A stretch of DNA of 64,000 nt from Schmidtea nova (taxonomy: Eukaryota), in contig CM097884.1 in the NCBI GenBank assembly GCA_044892505.1, positions 35,464,001-35,528,000 on the forward strand. The letters run 5' to 3'. The notes under the pieces are model-generated. The model ran no database searches. It was not told where the DNA came from and saw nothing but the letters and a program-made list of their open reading frames with translations. Positions 37,901 to 50,172 of the stretch are shown piece after piece. Position 1 is the first letter of the stretch. The number at the start of each line of letters is the position of its first letter. The translations under genes and the position numbers were made by a program.

Positions 37901-38415
37901 TTGTCTCTTTCTGGGGAGAGGTTAACCTTTTAACCCTTTTAAATGGATTCGTATTTGTTTTGGCAAGAGGATGATGTTCTTGAAATTGAAGAAAATGAAA
38001 AGGAAATGAATGAGAGACTTTACAAAAGGTTTTAATTAATTAGACATGCATAGAGTGAATTACAGATATAAAAATTTATAGTTTATAATTTTAGATATAC
38101 ATTAAAACGTTCTGTGACCACAGTGGTCACTTCCAGGTATTCGATGGTTAATGATTTATATTTTTTATTATTTTACATTATTACACCAGATCAACTTTTT
38201 CGTATTACACTTCTTTTTAAAAATTTTTAATTTTATTTAAATTTAAAATTTTGACCATTCTTTTAGTTGACTCTAATATAAAATAAATTAATTCAAATAA
38301 AATAGTTTCATGTTGTTTTAGACTACTCTGTAAATCATAAATTAAATAAATAATCAAAAAAACGTGGCAATGATTTAATAATAGAAAAACGCCAACTCAG
38401 TAAATTCAACATTAA

Positions 38416-38454
38416 CGCGATATATTTCGATTGTATAACAATCTTCGTCAGGCA
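38416..38454 (-). ncRNA. Minimal type I hammerhead, family 4
   Basis: TGC CTGACGA A GATTGT TAT ACAATC GAA ATATAT C GCG; canonical core, 6-bp stem II, AUC triplet, 3-bp stem I. Confidence 0.8.
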
Positions 38455-39614
38455 GCAATCAGGATAATCAATAATAAAATAGAAAATATGCAATTTCTAA
38501 ACAAATTAATTAATAATAATCATCTCCATACTATATATCAAAATTTAATTTAAAATTTAATTTAATTTTTTATAACATAAAATTTTAAAAATTAAAATTA
38601 AAAAACAAACATAACATTTTCATAATTCAAAATAAATCTTTTTATACAAAATTTGAAATAAAAATATTTTATTGTTTTTTTTTAAATTTCCAAGCCATTA
38701 TTTATTAAATATTTATATATTTTCAATCTGAGATAAGGAGTTTTTTTTGTCTTAAATTGAGATAATTATTCTGTTTTGTTTCATTTATTAGGATATTTTA
38801 AATCATCTTTTAATGAAAAATCATAATGAAATCATTAAAAATTCATCGACTTACTCGTTTGAAGTCTGATCAGTTTTTAAAGGATTATTGTTCGATTGAG
38901 AATTAGAAGATTCTCCAATGATATTCTGAAAATAAGAATTATTAATTCACATAAAAATAAATTTTAAATAATTTTAATTTAACATATAATAAAGAAATGA
39001 TCTCTTTGTTGCTATAAAAATTATTTCAATAAAAAATATAAAAATGAAAATTAATTAGGGAAATTAAACATAATGTCATTTTTCTTCATTTTAAATTACG
39101 GGTAAACATTTTAAATTATTTAATTTTATTTTTAGTTTAAGTCGTAATCAAGTCTTTTATGCAAATATCTTTATTTACTTATTGAAAAGATAAAAAATAT
39201 GTTATTTTAAATTTTATATAAATTTTGTATTTTTTACGTATAAATTAATTTCAGAAAATATTACAAGAAATGAAAAAGATAAAAAAAACTTATTTTTTTA
39301 TTTCATTTGTTTTTTAAATTAAGTTTATAATTAATAAAAATTAATTTAAAATATAAATAATTTAAATAATTTTTTAATATATTTGAATAAATAAATTATA
39401 TTGGTCAAAAAACACTTGAAAAAGACAACCAAAATTTCGTCTTAAACAAATAAATAATAAAAGATGTATAGTTTGAAATTAAAAGAATTGATATTGATAA
39501 ATAATGAAAAGAATGAAGAACTTTATTAAATTAAAAGTATGATTAAGATTATTTCAATTCTTATTGTTATTTATAATTATAACACAATTATTTAAATTTA
39601 TATAATTGAAACAA

Positions 39615-40185
39615 ATATGATCCTGGAAAATTTATAAATTCATTTGCACATTATGGATAATGCAAACATTATACAATTTTGTAATTAGGAATTGGCAATG
39701 ATATTGACAACTGATATCGTCACCAAGGTGTTACAGTCGTCATGAGGAAGAAAGATACTTATGTCATTGATGAAGTTCAATTAATTATCGGTATTCTAAT
39801 TTTGAAATACCCAATTGAACACGGTATTATTACCGACTGGAATGATATGAAAACGATATGGCATCATTTTCCTACAATGAATTGGAAGGCATTCACAAAG
39901 GACACACATTGTTGTTGATTGAAACTCCAATCAATCCAATCTTTATTCAAGTTGTGCTGTCTCGTTATGCTTGTGGAAGAACAATTGTTCCTATTTACTA
40001 AGAATATGCTTTACTTTATGTTATTGGTAGAATTGATTTAGCAGGAAGAGGCCTAACCAATTAAACCAATGAAAATTATGTAGGAGAGGTGGCACAGACA
40101 TTTAACGACTACTAAAAAAGAAATTGTCCGAGATATTAAAACAAAATTGTCATATATCACTCCTGAATTTGAACATGAATCAATC
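39615..40185 (+). pseudogene. act: Actin pseudogene
   Basis: RHQGV...[56 protein letters not shown] with stops, frameshifts and deletions. Confidence 0.92.
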
Positions 40186-40399
40186 TCTTAGAGGACATTT
40201 TTTAGGATTATTGAAAAATAAAATGTTTACTGAGGTTAAAAAGCGCAGTGGGATCCGGTTTCTGCTTTTTAGAACATTTGAGCTAGATTAAATAATACGA
40301 AAATTATAAGAGAAATATAGTGCTCGATTCCCATCACGGTCTGATTAACACAATTTACATTATATCTATTAAAAATCAGAAATTATATCTTATTTATAT

Positions 40400-41379
40400 T
40401 GTTGAGGATACCTAAATAATAATTAATATTATAAATAATTGGAAAACTTGCGGAAAACCGATAGATGATTAAGCTAGCATTCTGGAATTCGAGGAAGAAA
40501 ACGAAAACAAAAATATTGAAAAATGAGGAAGGAGTAACAAAATAAAAGAAATTAAACAATAAAACAGAGAGATGTCACCTATAATTAATAAGTGCAAGAA
40601 AACAACATGGAATTTCTGAATTGGGAAAACAAAAACATAAACAAAACTAGTATCTTGACAGATGTCAAAGATAACATGGAAAGTGGGAAAACATGGGGAA
40701 ATACCAGCGACAAAAAGGAAAAAAGCAAATATTTCCGAGTGCCGAACGGCTATGTTTAATACGGAAGCAAAAAGCAAATTGGAAACGCCAACGACAGGAC
40801 TGGGAGAAAAAAGTAAATTACCACAAGTGCCGGAGAATGGCAAACTATAAAAATGGAGAGACAACAGTTTAAGACAGAAATTTGCCGAGAAGTTTGGAGA
40901 GGAAAATTTGTGAAATAATTTGTGGAGAAAACTTTTGAAGAAGTTCTTGTAAAACGATTTTGTAACAGATGTTTTGTGGAGAAATTTGCGGAGAAAAATT
41001 GATCGAGAAAAGTTTATTGTGAAATTGATTTTTGATAATTTATTGAAAGATCATTATGGAGAATTTTGTTGAAAAGTTTGTAAGCCGAAGTTGTAGTCAA
41101 AGCAAAGAAAAAAAATAGTTGGTTACTCATTGTTAAATGTAAATCAGTAGTTGTTGATCGTTAGATAGAAATTATACACGAGTGCTATTCCTCACAATAG
41201 TGTTGTAATAAGCACTGTATTATTACTTCAGATTGTTGATTGGGTATATCAGTGTAATTGTGAAACCAGTTGTGATATCAATAAAAATTCATGTTGTAAT
41301 TGTTGTTGATTAATAAAGCACGCATTTGGAAATTTGATTGGTATATCTTAGAATTCACCAACAATCTAATAACCCAACA
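40400..41379 (+). mobile_element. Solo LTR (980 bp), same family as 35927
   Basis: TGTTGAGGAT...CCCAACA, ATAT duplicated on both sides. Confidence 0.75.
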
Positions 41380-43189
41380 ATATTATTATTTTATAATTAT
41401 TATTTATTATTGATATTATTATTATTATTATTATTATTGATATTATTTACTCATAACTTGAGAAAAAGAATTTTTATTTAAAAATATATATTATAAATTT
41501 TATAAATTACTATTATTTTTATTATTATTTCTTTTTTTTATTTTATCATTATATTATTAACCTAAGTAATATTTACTAATTTTGTTGCAATAAAAATAAT
41601 ATATGTTCCCTCAAGTTCTTTTTTATGAATTTTATGGATTTTATTAATTTCATTTTTTCGAATTTATTCTATACTTTTACATTTACCCTCCATTAATTGC
41701 GTTATCATTTCCTTTTACTGAAAATATAATTATAAAATATATTTCTTAAATTCTGATTATGTTTATCGATTAAAATAATATTAAAATGTTACTTATATAA
41801 TGCAATATTAATTAATTGTTATTAATCCTAGAAAACACGAAGGTGGCTAGAGTGGCACAATTTAGTTTTAGATAACAATCTTTTCTTTATGGAGATGTTG
41901 TAATGTCTATTATTTAATTCCTAATTACTTATTGGATAAGTACTTAATTGTTCAAAACTAATTTCAATAATATTATCCTTTGTACCTTATCATTTTTTCT
42001 AGGGTAGTTGTAGTAGCCTAGGTCAAGATTGGCTAACCCAAGATAAATTAATATTTTGCGAGTGACTTCGAATCACTTAATATTTCGAATACTGTTTTAA
42101 TCTTAAGACTAATAAAAACTTTTGAAAATTTCTAATTAAATAATAATGTTTGAGGCCCTCAAACCTCCTATAAGATTCGTACGTGCCTTTGATTCTAAAA
42201 AAGGTTTATTTTATTTGCATAAATTGAAGAAATAGACGTTTAATATTTGTTTTGAAATTTCTCATATTATTCATTTATTGAACTTTTTTCAAAAGTTTTA
42301 CTTGGAGGGAATTCTTTTCGAAATAAATTTTTTAAAAAAATATTTAAAATAATTTAATAAATATTTTAATAAATATCTTAAATGTTTTTATGAGAGATAG
42401 AACAAATAAACTGTTATGGCCATGCATGCATAAGAAACAGTCAGAATATTATGTCTACTACGAAGATGTTTATGTATAGAATACTTCGATACAGAATGTC
42501 TGGCCAACCATTCAGGTGGAAATTTGTTTTTAGTGTTAAAGTTATTTTTGTAAATTATTTATATGGAAAAATTTCTTAAAATTTCATTTCCATACTTCTG
42601 ATACCTGTGAAAATTTAGATTGACGTGTGTTATTCTTTCTGGATGATAAGATTACTATAAAAGTTTTAAGAATATAATTCGTTGTTAGCTGTCAGTGCGT
42701 AATGACTCTCAGAGCATTTAAAAGTTATATTTTATATTCAGACTGAGATAATTTTAGAGTAAATACACGTTTCCCTACATATTCTACGACTCAATTCGCA
42801 AATATTTATATTTCAAGTGTCAATACTACAATTTTCAACACTATGAATTATGTACTTCATCTCTCTGATGAATATGATATTGGACAAGCGTCTCTATTAT
42901 TATTTCCAGTATACTTGTAACTTACCCGTATTCAAACGTTATTTTTTGGATATATCTTATTGTGTTTTCAATTTAAATTAAATCCCAAGAAAAGGTTTAT
43001 AGCTAATATTAATATATATATATATATGAATTGTTGTTGAAGGAATTGTAAGAGCCCAAAAGAGTCTCCCAAGACTTATTGTGGGACAATTGGGGTGTGT
43101 GCTGTGTACGTGCTTTTGTGTGTGTGTGTGTGCTTGTGTATGTTTACAACCAACAACAATAAACTAACAAATTTAAATAATCAACTTTA

Positions 43190-44310
43190 TTTATACAAAA
43201 AAAATAAAAGATAAAATGGCTGGATAGCTTTTTGTATGGGGTGATAACCGCTTTTTGTCGAACTCTTTTATTGCGTTTCTGCTGTTGAATGTTATATGCT
43301 TTTTCTTTGTTTGGGTTTCGTTGTGTGAAGGGTTACATGGGGTGCTGCATGGAAGTTGTTGATTGTGGTGATATGGTTTTGTTCTACGTATGTTTATTCT
43401 TATTTTGTTGTTGTCTTTTATTATTGTGGCCACGTTTTTTTGATTTCCAGTAATTTGAATGGGCCTTCGTATTTGTCTTCGGAACCTTTTATGTATGCCT
43501 TCTTTATAAGTAAGTAATCGGTTGTTAGTATTGTCTTGCCATCGTTTTCTGAGTTTGGTCTCTTTTTTAGAATTCCTTTTAATTTGTTTTCGATGTTCTC
43601 ACTGTTTTTAGTTGTTATTTTTTTTTTATTTCTTCTTTGTTAACGGTGTTTGCTTTCTCGTCGAAAGTTGTTGGTGCGATAAGTTTGTCAACTTTTTCCG
43701 GTAGTGTATTTATTTCTAGGCCATAATTCAGTTTTTGTTTTGATTTGTAGTTAATTGGACCTATTTGGATAACACCAATGTCTATTTTTGAATAGGTTGT
43801 CGCCATGGTTTTGACGGTTTCTTTGTTTGTGTTTGTGTTTTCCGTTAGTGTTTTCTTTAGGCAGTCTACTGTGAGGTTGTAGTGTGCCAGAAAGTCAGCT
43901 CCTATTATGGATTGTTGAACATCAGCGATTATGAATGTCCAGCTGTATTTCTTTGAGTTGATTGTTAAAGTTAGGGTGTGTTCACCAAATGTTTTTATGC
44001 TAGTGCCATTGGCTGCGGTTAAAAGTTTTTCTGCGTTTTTTTTGAGTTTTTGTGCAGGTAATGGGGTAATAAGGAGATCACAGAACCTGTGTCGATTAGA
44101 AATTCTGTGTTGTTTGAGTGCACCGTGAATGTATTGTTTTTGTCCCCAAATGTGGGGGCGACTAATGGCAATTTTTCCAGTTTTTCTGTGTTTGTTTCGT
44201 CGCATGTAGTAGCAACTAATGGCAGTCTTTGCCATTTTTCTGAGTTGTTTTCGTTATATCTACATGGTTTTGTGCATTTGAATGCCTTTTCTCCAAATTT
44301 GCTATGGAAT
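43190..44310 (-). mobile_element. Gypsy-derived remnant: gag knuckle, aspartic protease and integrase GPY/F tail
   Basis: FHSKFGEKAFKCTKPC; FLIDTGSVISLLP; LTAANGTSI..G; IIGADFL; then YEGPFKLL...RRTKPY about 400 bp later. Confidence 0.85.
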
Positions 44311-45192
44311 AATGAAATAAATGAAATGATTGGAGGAAAGTGGACTGGGTAAATGATGTGACGTATTGAAATTCGGAGAAAGGGGAAGAGCAAAAATTGA
44401 GAAATGAAAAGATGACAGTGAAATTCAAAAAATCAAACAATTAGCAATAAAAGGTTACTCTTAGTTAAGATGTACAAAATGTTAAAGGAATTACAAAATT
44501 GAAAAACAGAAACGATGAAGATTCATATCTTAACCGCTTGTCAGAGATATCGGGATTGCAGAAAAAAAGTTGGAATAACATAAGATGAACCATGGCATAT
44601 TTTGACTGCTGTCAGAGATAATGCAGGAGCCATGGAGTATACGAGAGTCAAAAATGGAATAACAGAATTATCTAAAGTACCACAAATTTGACGACCTATA
44701 AAAGGAAGAAGCAATAATAGACGAGGGAGAAGATATAGTTTGAAATTCCAAAAGGAAATCTGCGAAGAAAATTGAAATTGAGAAAAATCAAGGTGTATTA
44801 TTATAAAACGTTTATGAAAGAAAAACTTGAGAAGATTGTAAGAAATATAGCGAGCCAAGAAATTAATTGAATAAAAGAGTCGAAGTTTTTTTCAAGTCAA
44901 AGCAAGAAAACAATTAGTCGGTTACCCATTGTTGAATCTAAATCAGTAGCCAGTGATCGTTAGAAGGTAATATTCTACACGAGTGCTATTCCTCATCAAG
45001 TGTCATAATAAACACTGTACTATTATCTGTCATATTATTGAATAGATTATACCAGTGTTATTTGTGAAGCCATCTGTGAGGTCAATAAAGGTTCCTGTTA
45101 TTAATTGTTATTTTATTGATCAAATAAACACGCTTGGAGTCAGAGAATTAGTTAGTAAATTTCAATTTTACCAACAACACAATAATCCAACC
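44305..45192 (+). mobile_element. Third, more diverged copy of the solo LTR family
   Basis: Shares GTCAAAGCAA, GGTTACCCATTGTTGAATC, ACACGAGTGCTATTCCTC blocks; ends CCAACC-ATAT; 5' end unclear. Confidence 0.65.
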
Positions 45193-45603
45193 ATATTAAG
45201 AATAAAATGTAAAACAAATTTCTGAATCTTTTAAAAAAGCCATAAGATTTATATTTTGAATATCGAAATTGGGATAGTAATAGACTTTTAACTAAAACTA
45301 TTAAAACTAAGTTAGCGCCAAAATTGAGTATAAAATGTTTAATCTATACTCTTTATTTCTGTATATGTCAAATACAAAAAAGCCAAAAATTAAATCCAAA
45401 ACTATTCACATACCAAATTATCTATAATAGCAGACCGCCTGCCTCTGCGACTTATAGCCTCATTTCCTTCACTGCAATCTTCTGGATCACTTGCAATGCT
45501 ATGGCTACTTCCTGATCTAGACATCTGAAAATTGTTTATAATCAAAATATTGCTAACATGAAAAATTAATTTATTTTTATCGAATATTTTATGATAAATA
45601 TAA

Positions 45604-46653
45604 GGCACTTGTACGCAATTCCCCCCACATTTGACATTAATCAAAAATCAATCAAAAATCAATCAAAAATCATGCTTTTACATTAATTAAAAAACATTTA
45701 TTAAAATTATTAAAATTTTTCCCAAAACGCTGCCGCCACAAGAATTCAAACAAATGCGAAGCCAACGTACTTCTAACGGTTCCATATCTTTTAATATGAG
45801 CCACTTTCAATTTTTGCCACACACTTTCAACATGATTTGTTGTGGCGCCTGTATCCGGATCCACGTAATTTTCAGAGTGATTTACGGTATAATGAATGTA
45901 CCCCTCATTTTCTAAATTCCCATATGCCGCCCATTCATCACTCATAATGATGGAACCCGCCCGAATATATTGCCGTATCAAAGCAAGTAAAGTTAACCGT
46001 GTTCGATTTTCAACCGGAATAAAAAATGACCTTTTCGAATATACTTCATATCCACCAAAATCCCATTGTTCACGGACTAAATGACCACGATTCTACTTTC
46101 TACGCACAAGCATACATTCGTCAATTTCGACAATAACACCGCTTCCGCCTATTATACACGGGTTAAGAATAAAATATTCGGTGAAAATGTCACGACAATA
46201 ATTCTTCCAGTCTACGATTGTTGTATTCGAAACCAATTGTAATTGATAATGCAATTCATCCTCGCTTGATTGTCACGAGCGACAAAATAGAGTAATTCAA
46301 ATATTTTTGAAAATGATAAATTACTCTGGGCGAAAAAGTGTCCGATTTCAAAGAAATTTCTTTTCTTCATAAGCGGGCAGGACATCTCTAATAAAATCCT
46401 TTGTTTTTTGGTCAGTTCGGTGACGAAGTGACATCGGGGAATTGCATATACAGCTTTTATGCGATGGTAGTAGACCAATCTGCGTACAGTACTCAATAGT
46501 GCTTTCTTCTGTTGCAATAATTGTATATAATTCTCTGTATGTAAGTGTTTAAAGATTAAACATGGGTATTTTATACATTATAAATTAAATTAATAAAAGT
46601 TTTTGATTGATTTTTGATTAATGTCAAATGTGGGGGAATTGAGTACAAGTACC
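45604..46653 (-). mobile_element. Merlin/ISXO2 transposon (1050 bp), broken transposase
   Basis: ~55-bp TIRs GG(C/T)ACTTGTAC(G/T)CAATTCCCCC..ACATTTGACATTAATCAAAAATC, 8-bp TSD AAATATA(A/T); IMSDEWAAY, VNHSENYVDPDTGATTNHVESVW. Confidence 0.93.
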
Positions 46654-46786
46654 AAATATATAAACTTCAATTTTTAATAATTTGATTTTAATTAGCACCA
46701 CTGATATTAATTGGATTGATTTATTTAATGGAAATAATAATTATACTAAATAGTATATTTAAATGAAACTAATTAATTAAATCAAA

Positions 46787-46853
<67 letters not shown>

Positions 46854-46865
46854 CAATTAAAATAC

Positions 46866-46898
46866 ACACTTGATAAAGGCTGTGCCGAAATATCGTGT
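46866..46898 (+). ncRNA. Family-1 hammerhead, AUC triplet, diverged tail
   Basis: Core identical to family 1 except position 17 = C; downstream tail has many substitutions; follows (TA)n. Confidence 0.82.
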
Positions 46899-47238
46899 AC
46901 TTATTTAAAGAAATTTTGATTTATAGTCATTCATTATGGTAATTATTGATATTAATGATAAAAAAAGATCAAAGGTGAAAAAATATAATTCTATTTGAAA
47001 AACTAATTACTGAAAATTAAATTTACAATCTATTGTCTTAAAAAATGAAAATATCTGAAATTGAACAAAAGATCAAAGTAATCACAACTAAAACGTTAAT
47101 GATTATAGAAAAAGATACTTTAAAAATTTTGTGCTTAGGGAGAAAACAAATATAATAAAAATAAAAATAATAATAAATCAAAAAACACAGCAATCATTTA
47201 ATAATTGAGAAATGTCAACTAAGTATATTCAACATAAA

Positions 47239-47277
47239 CGCTATATATTTCTACCGAGCAATAGTTTTCTTCAAGCC
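47239..47277 (-). ncRNA. Degenerate family-4 hammerhead
   Basis: Flanks (about 47150-47400) homologous to about 38330-38570; TTGAAGA A ... GAA ATATAT A GCG with damaged stem II. Confidence 0.5.
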
Positions 47278-47440
47278 AACAATCACGATAATAAATAATA
47301 AATAGAAAATACGAAATGCGAAATATTCAAACAAACAATCAATAATAATAATCATCAAATTGTATCAAAATTCAAAAGTTAAATTCTTTACGCATAAAGT
47401 TTTCTTATTAGAACGAGTAACTTGAGCATCAACCTTCTAA

Positions 47441-47874
47441 TATTACTAGTATATTACCAGTATATTTTAGTATATTACTAGTATATATTAGTATATTACT
47501 AGTATATATTAGTATATTACTAGTATATATTAGTATATTACTAGTATATTATAAGTATATATTAGTATATTACTAGTATATTACTAGTATATATTAGTAT
47601 ATTACTAGTATATATTAGTATATTACTAGTATATTGCTAGTATATATTAGTATATTACTAGTATATATTAGTATATTACTAGTATATTACTAGTATATAT
47701 TAGTATATTACTAGTATATATTAGTATATTACTAGTATAATATAAGTATATATTAGTATATTACTAGTATATTACTAGTATATTACTAGTATATATTAGT
47801 ATATTACTAGTATATATTAGTATATTACTAGTATATATTAGTATATTACTATTATATTACTAGTATATATTAGT
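47441..47874. repeat. 21-bp minisatellite (TAGTATATTAC/TAGTATATAT)
   Basis: About 20 units built from 10- and 11-nt submodules containing the TACTAGTA palindrome. Confidence 0.95.
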
Positions 47875-48352
47875 CTGAATAAATACTATGTAGTTTTTCC
47901 GATTTTATCAAAAAAATCATTTTATTTAGCACAAAAAACATTTTATTTTGTCTTTATCATAATTTATTTAAAATTGAAGAGTTAATAGTAGAGATAGTTT
48001 TTTATTATATTAAAATCTCATTCTTATTCAAATTATTTGTCATAGTGAAAATTATCAAAATGCAGATATTATATTAGCATAAAATATATACTGAAATGGG
48101 TGTAACTTTGATACTGTTCAAAGAGAATTCTGATATTTCACTCATTAAAACACAGTATGTTGTGGATGGAAATTTATTGATGAATTAAAAATGCATTAAT
48201 TTGTATTTATAATTATTTATTTCTTGAATAAATATTTGTAAGTAAATCTTTATCTAATTGACTAATTAATATGTTCCTTAGACTCTTTTGGAACTTATTG
48301 AATATTATAATACTTGAATATATAATTCGTTTACGCTTTAGACGTCATCCTA

Positions 48353-48421
<69 letters not shown>

Positions 48422-48516
48422 CATAATTATCTTTTTTCACCTTTGATCTTTTTTTATTATTATTATCAATAATTCTCATAATGACTATAGATCAAAATTT
48501 TTTTTTATAAACAATA

Positions 48517-48549
48517 ACACAATATTTCGGCACAGCCTTTATCAAGTGT
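48517..48549 (-). ncRNA. Family-1 hammerhead in the PLE 3' terminus
   Basis: Full 33-nt motif about 100 nt after the RT-EN stop. Confidence 0.85.
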
Positions 48550-48650
48550 GTATTTCTATCGTTATATTTACTTAATCCTAAATAGTAGCCTTAATTATTT
48601 TTTTAATATTTTATAATGATTTTATTGGATGAAAAAAATTTTATTTTATT

Positions 48651-50172
48651 TTAATTTTTTTGTGCGAATTGAATGTTGATGGACGGTTTGTATTTTTTTA
48701 TGAAAAAAGTCTCGGAAGCTAATCTTTGTAATGAATTTTTGAATCCCTCTTGTAGGATCTGGCATTTTGTTTCTTCTATAGATGGAGTTGTTTTATGTAC
48801 TTTTTCCCAGTGTTCGTAATAATTACTGGTTTTGATTTTAGTATGTTCATTAAGTCGGGTGCGAAAAGTTCTATGTGTTTCTCCTATGTAAGTAGCGTCA
48901 CATTTTTGACAAGAAAGTTTATATACTATATTTTTGGAAAAGCAAAAGCATCGGGTTGTGGAACGACAAAGACATTTATGTTTGGAGATGTTGGAAATTG
49001 GTGGCTTTCGGAGTTGTGATTTTAACGGTGCGGAGGTTATGAACGTTGGACGGATGTGGATAGGCAAATCTGTTTGATTAAAAATGTTGGTGATTTTGTT
49101 GGCTGTAGTGTCATTTAGGAAAGGTAATCTTAGATATGTTGTGTGTTTGTTATTGTTATTGTGTTTCTGGCGTTTTCTATTGTTGCGTTTATTGTGGTAT
49201 GGTTCGTTAAGGAAGTGTTTCTTTACAAAGTCTTCAGGGTATCCATTTTGGAGGAATCGTATTTTGAAGTTTTCTAATGTTTCTTGTATTTTGTTTGCGT
49301 CTGAACAGTTTCTTATGGCTCTTTTTCTTTCTCCTATTAGTAATGCGATTTTGCGTTGAAGTGGAACGTGGCTTTTCCATGGGAGGATATGACCGCTATG
49401 TAAACCTTTAGAATATAGCTCGGTGTTTGCATTTAGTGTATCTTGGCCTTTTGTGAAACTTACCATGGTATCTAAAAACGGTATTTTACCTTCTGTGTTC
49501 GGTGTTTCAAAAGTAAATTGTATGTTGGTGTTAGTAGAATTTGCGTGTGATAGGATTTGATTGAGAGGGATTGTGGAGACTATGAAGATGTCGTCGATGT
49601 ATCGTTTCCAGAAAAGTATTTTGTCCCCAAAAAAAGATATGATCTTAGATTCTATAAAGTTCATGTAGAAGATGGCTAAGATGGGAGAAAGGTTATTACC
49701 CATGGCTAATCCATGAATTTGTTTGAATGGTTTTTCTTTAATTATGACAGTATCTGAATTTATTGCTAATTTTAGAAGTTCTATAAAGTCTTGTTTAGTT
49801 AAGTCTGCGAGGTCAGTATTGGCTTTATGAGTTTCAAAGAAAGAAGCTGCGATATCGAAAATGTTATTCTCTCCGTGAAGAGGAATAGATCCGTAAAGAT
49901 TGGAAACGTCAAGAGATCCCCAGAAGTACTGTTGTCCTGAGTTTAACGGAAGAAACGTATTTGTAATTTCGGAGACGAATTCAGTTGTGTTTTTAAGATG
50001 AGAAGGAACCAAAGGCAAAAGTGTTTTTAGAATTTCTGAAAGAACTTTAGAAAGTGTTGTGGAAGGAGTGTCAACTGCAGATACAAGAGGTCTACCTTTT
50101 AAAGGACTTTTGTGATCTTTAGGTAACATAGTCATATTACTAGGTAAAGGCTCACTGCAGTTGCATTTTAAA
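48651..50172 (-). CDS. PLE reverse transcriptase + GIY-YIG endonuclease, 5'-truncated
   Basis: GRPLVS, SLDVSNLYGSIP, GLAMGNNLSP, RYIDDIF, PFLD, NGYP, IVYKLSCQKCDATYIGET..RLNEH; no internal stops. Confidence 0.95.

Noticed and set aside
37925-38140. TTAACCC and GTGACCACAGTGGTCAC, piggyBac-like end
   Set aside because: No matching second terminus found
42860-42900. CTGATGAATATGATATTGG
   Set aside because: No downstream GAAA in register
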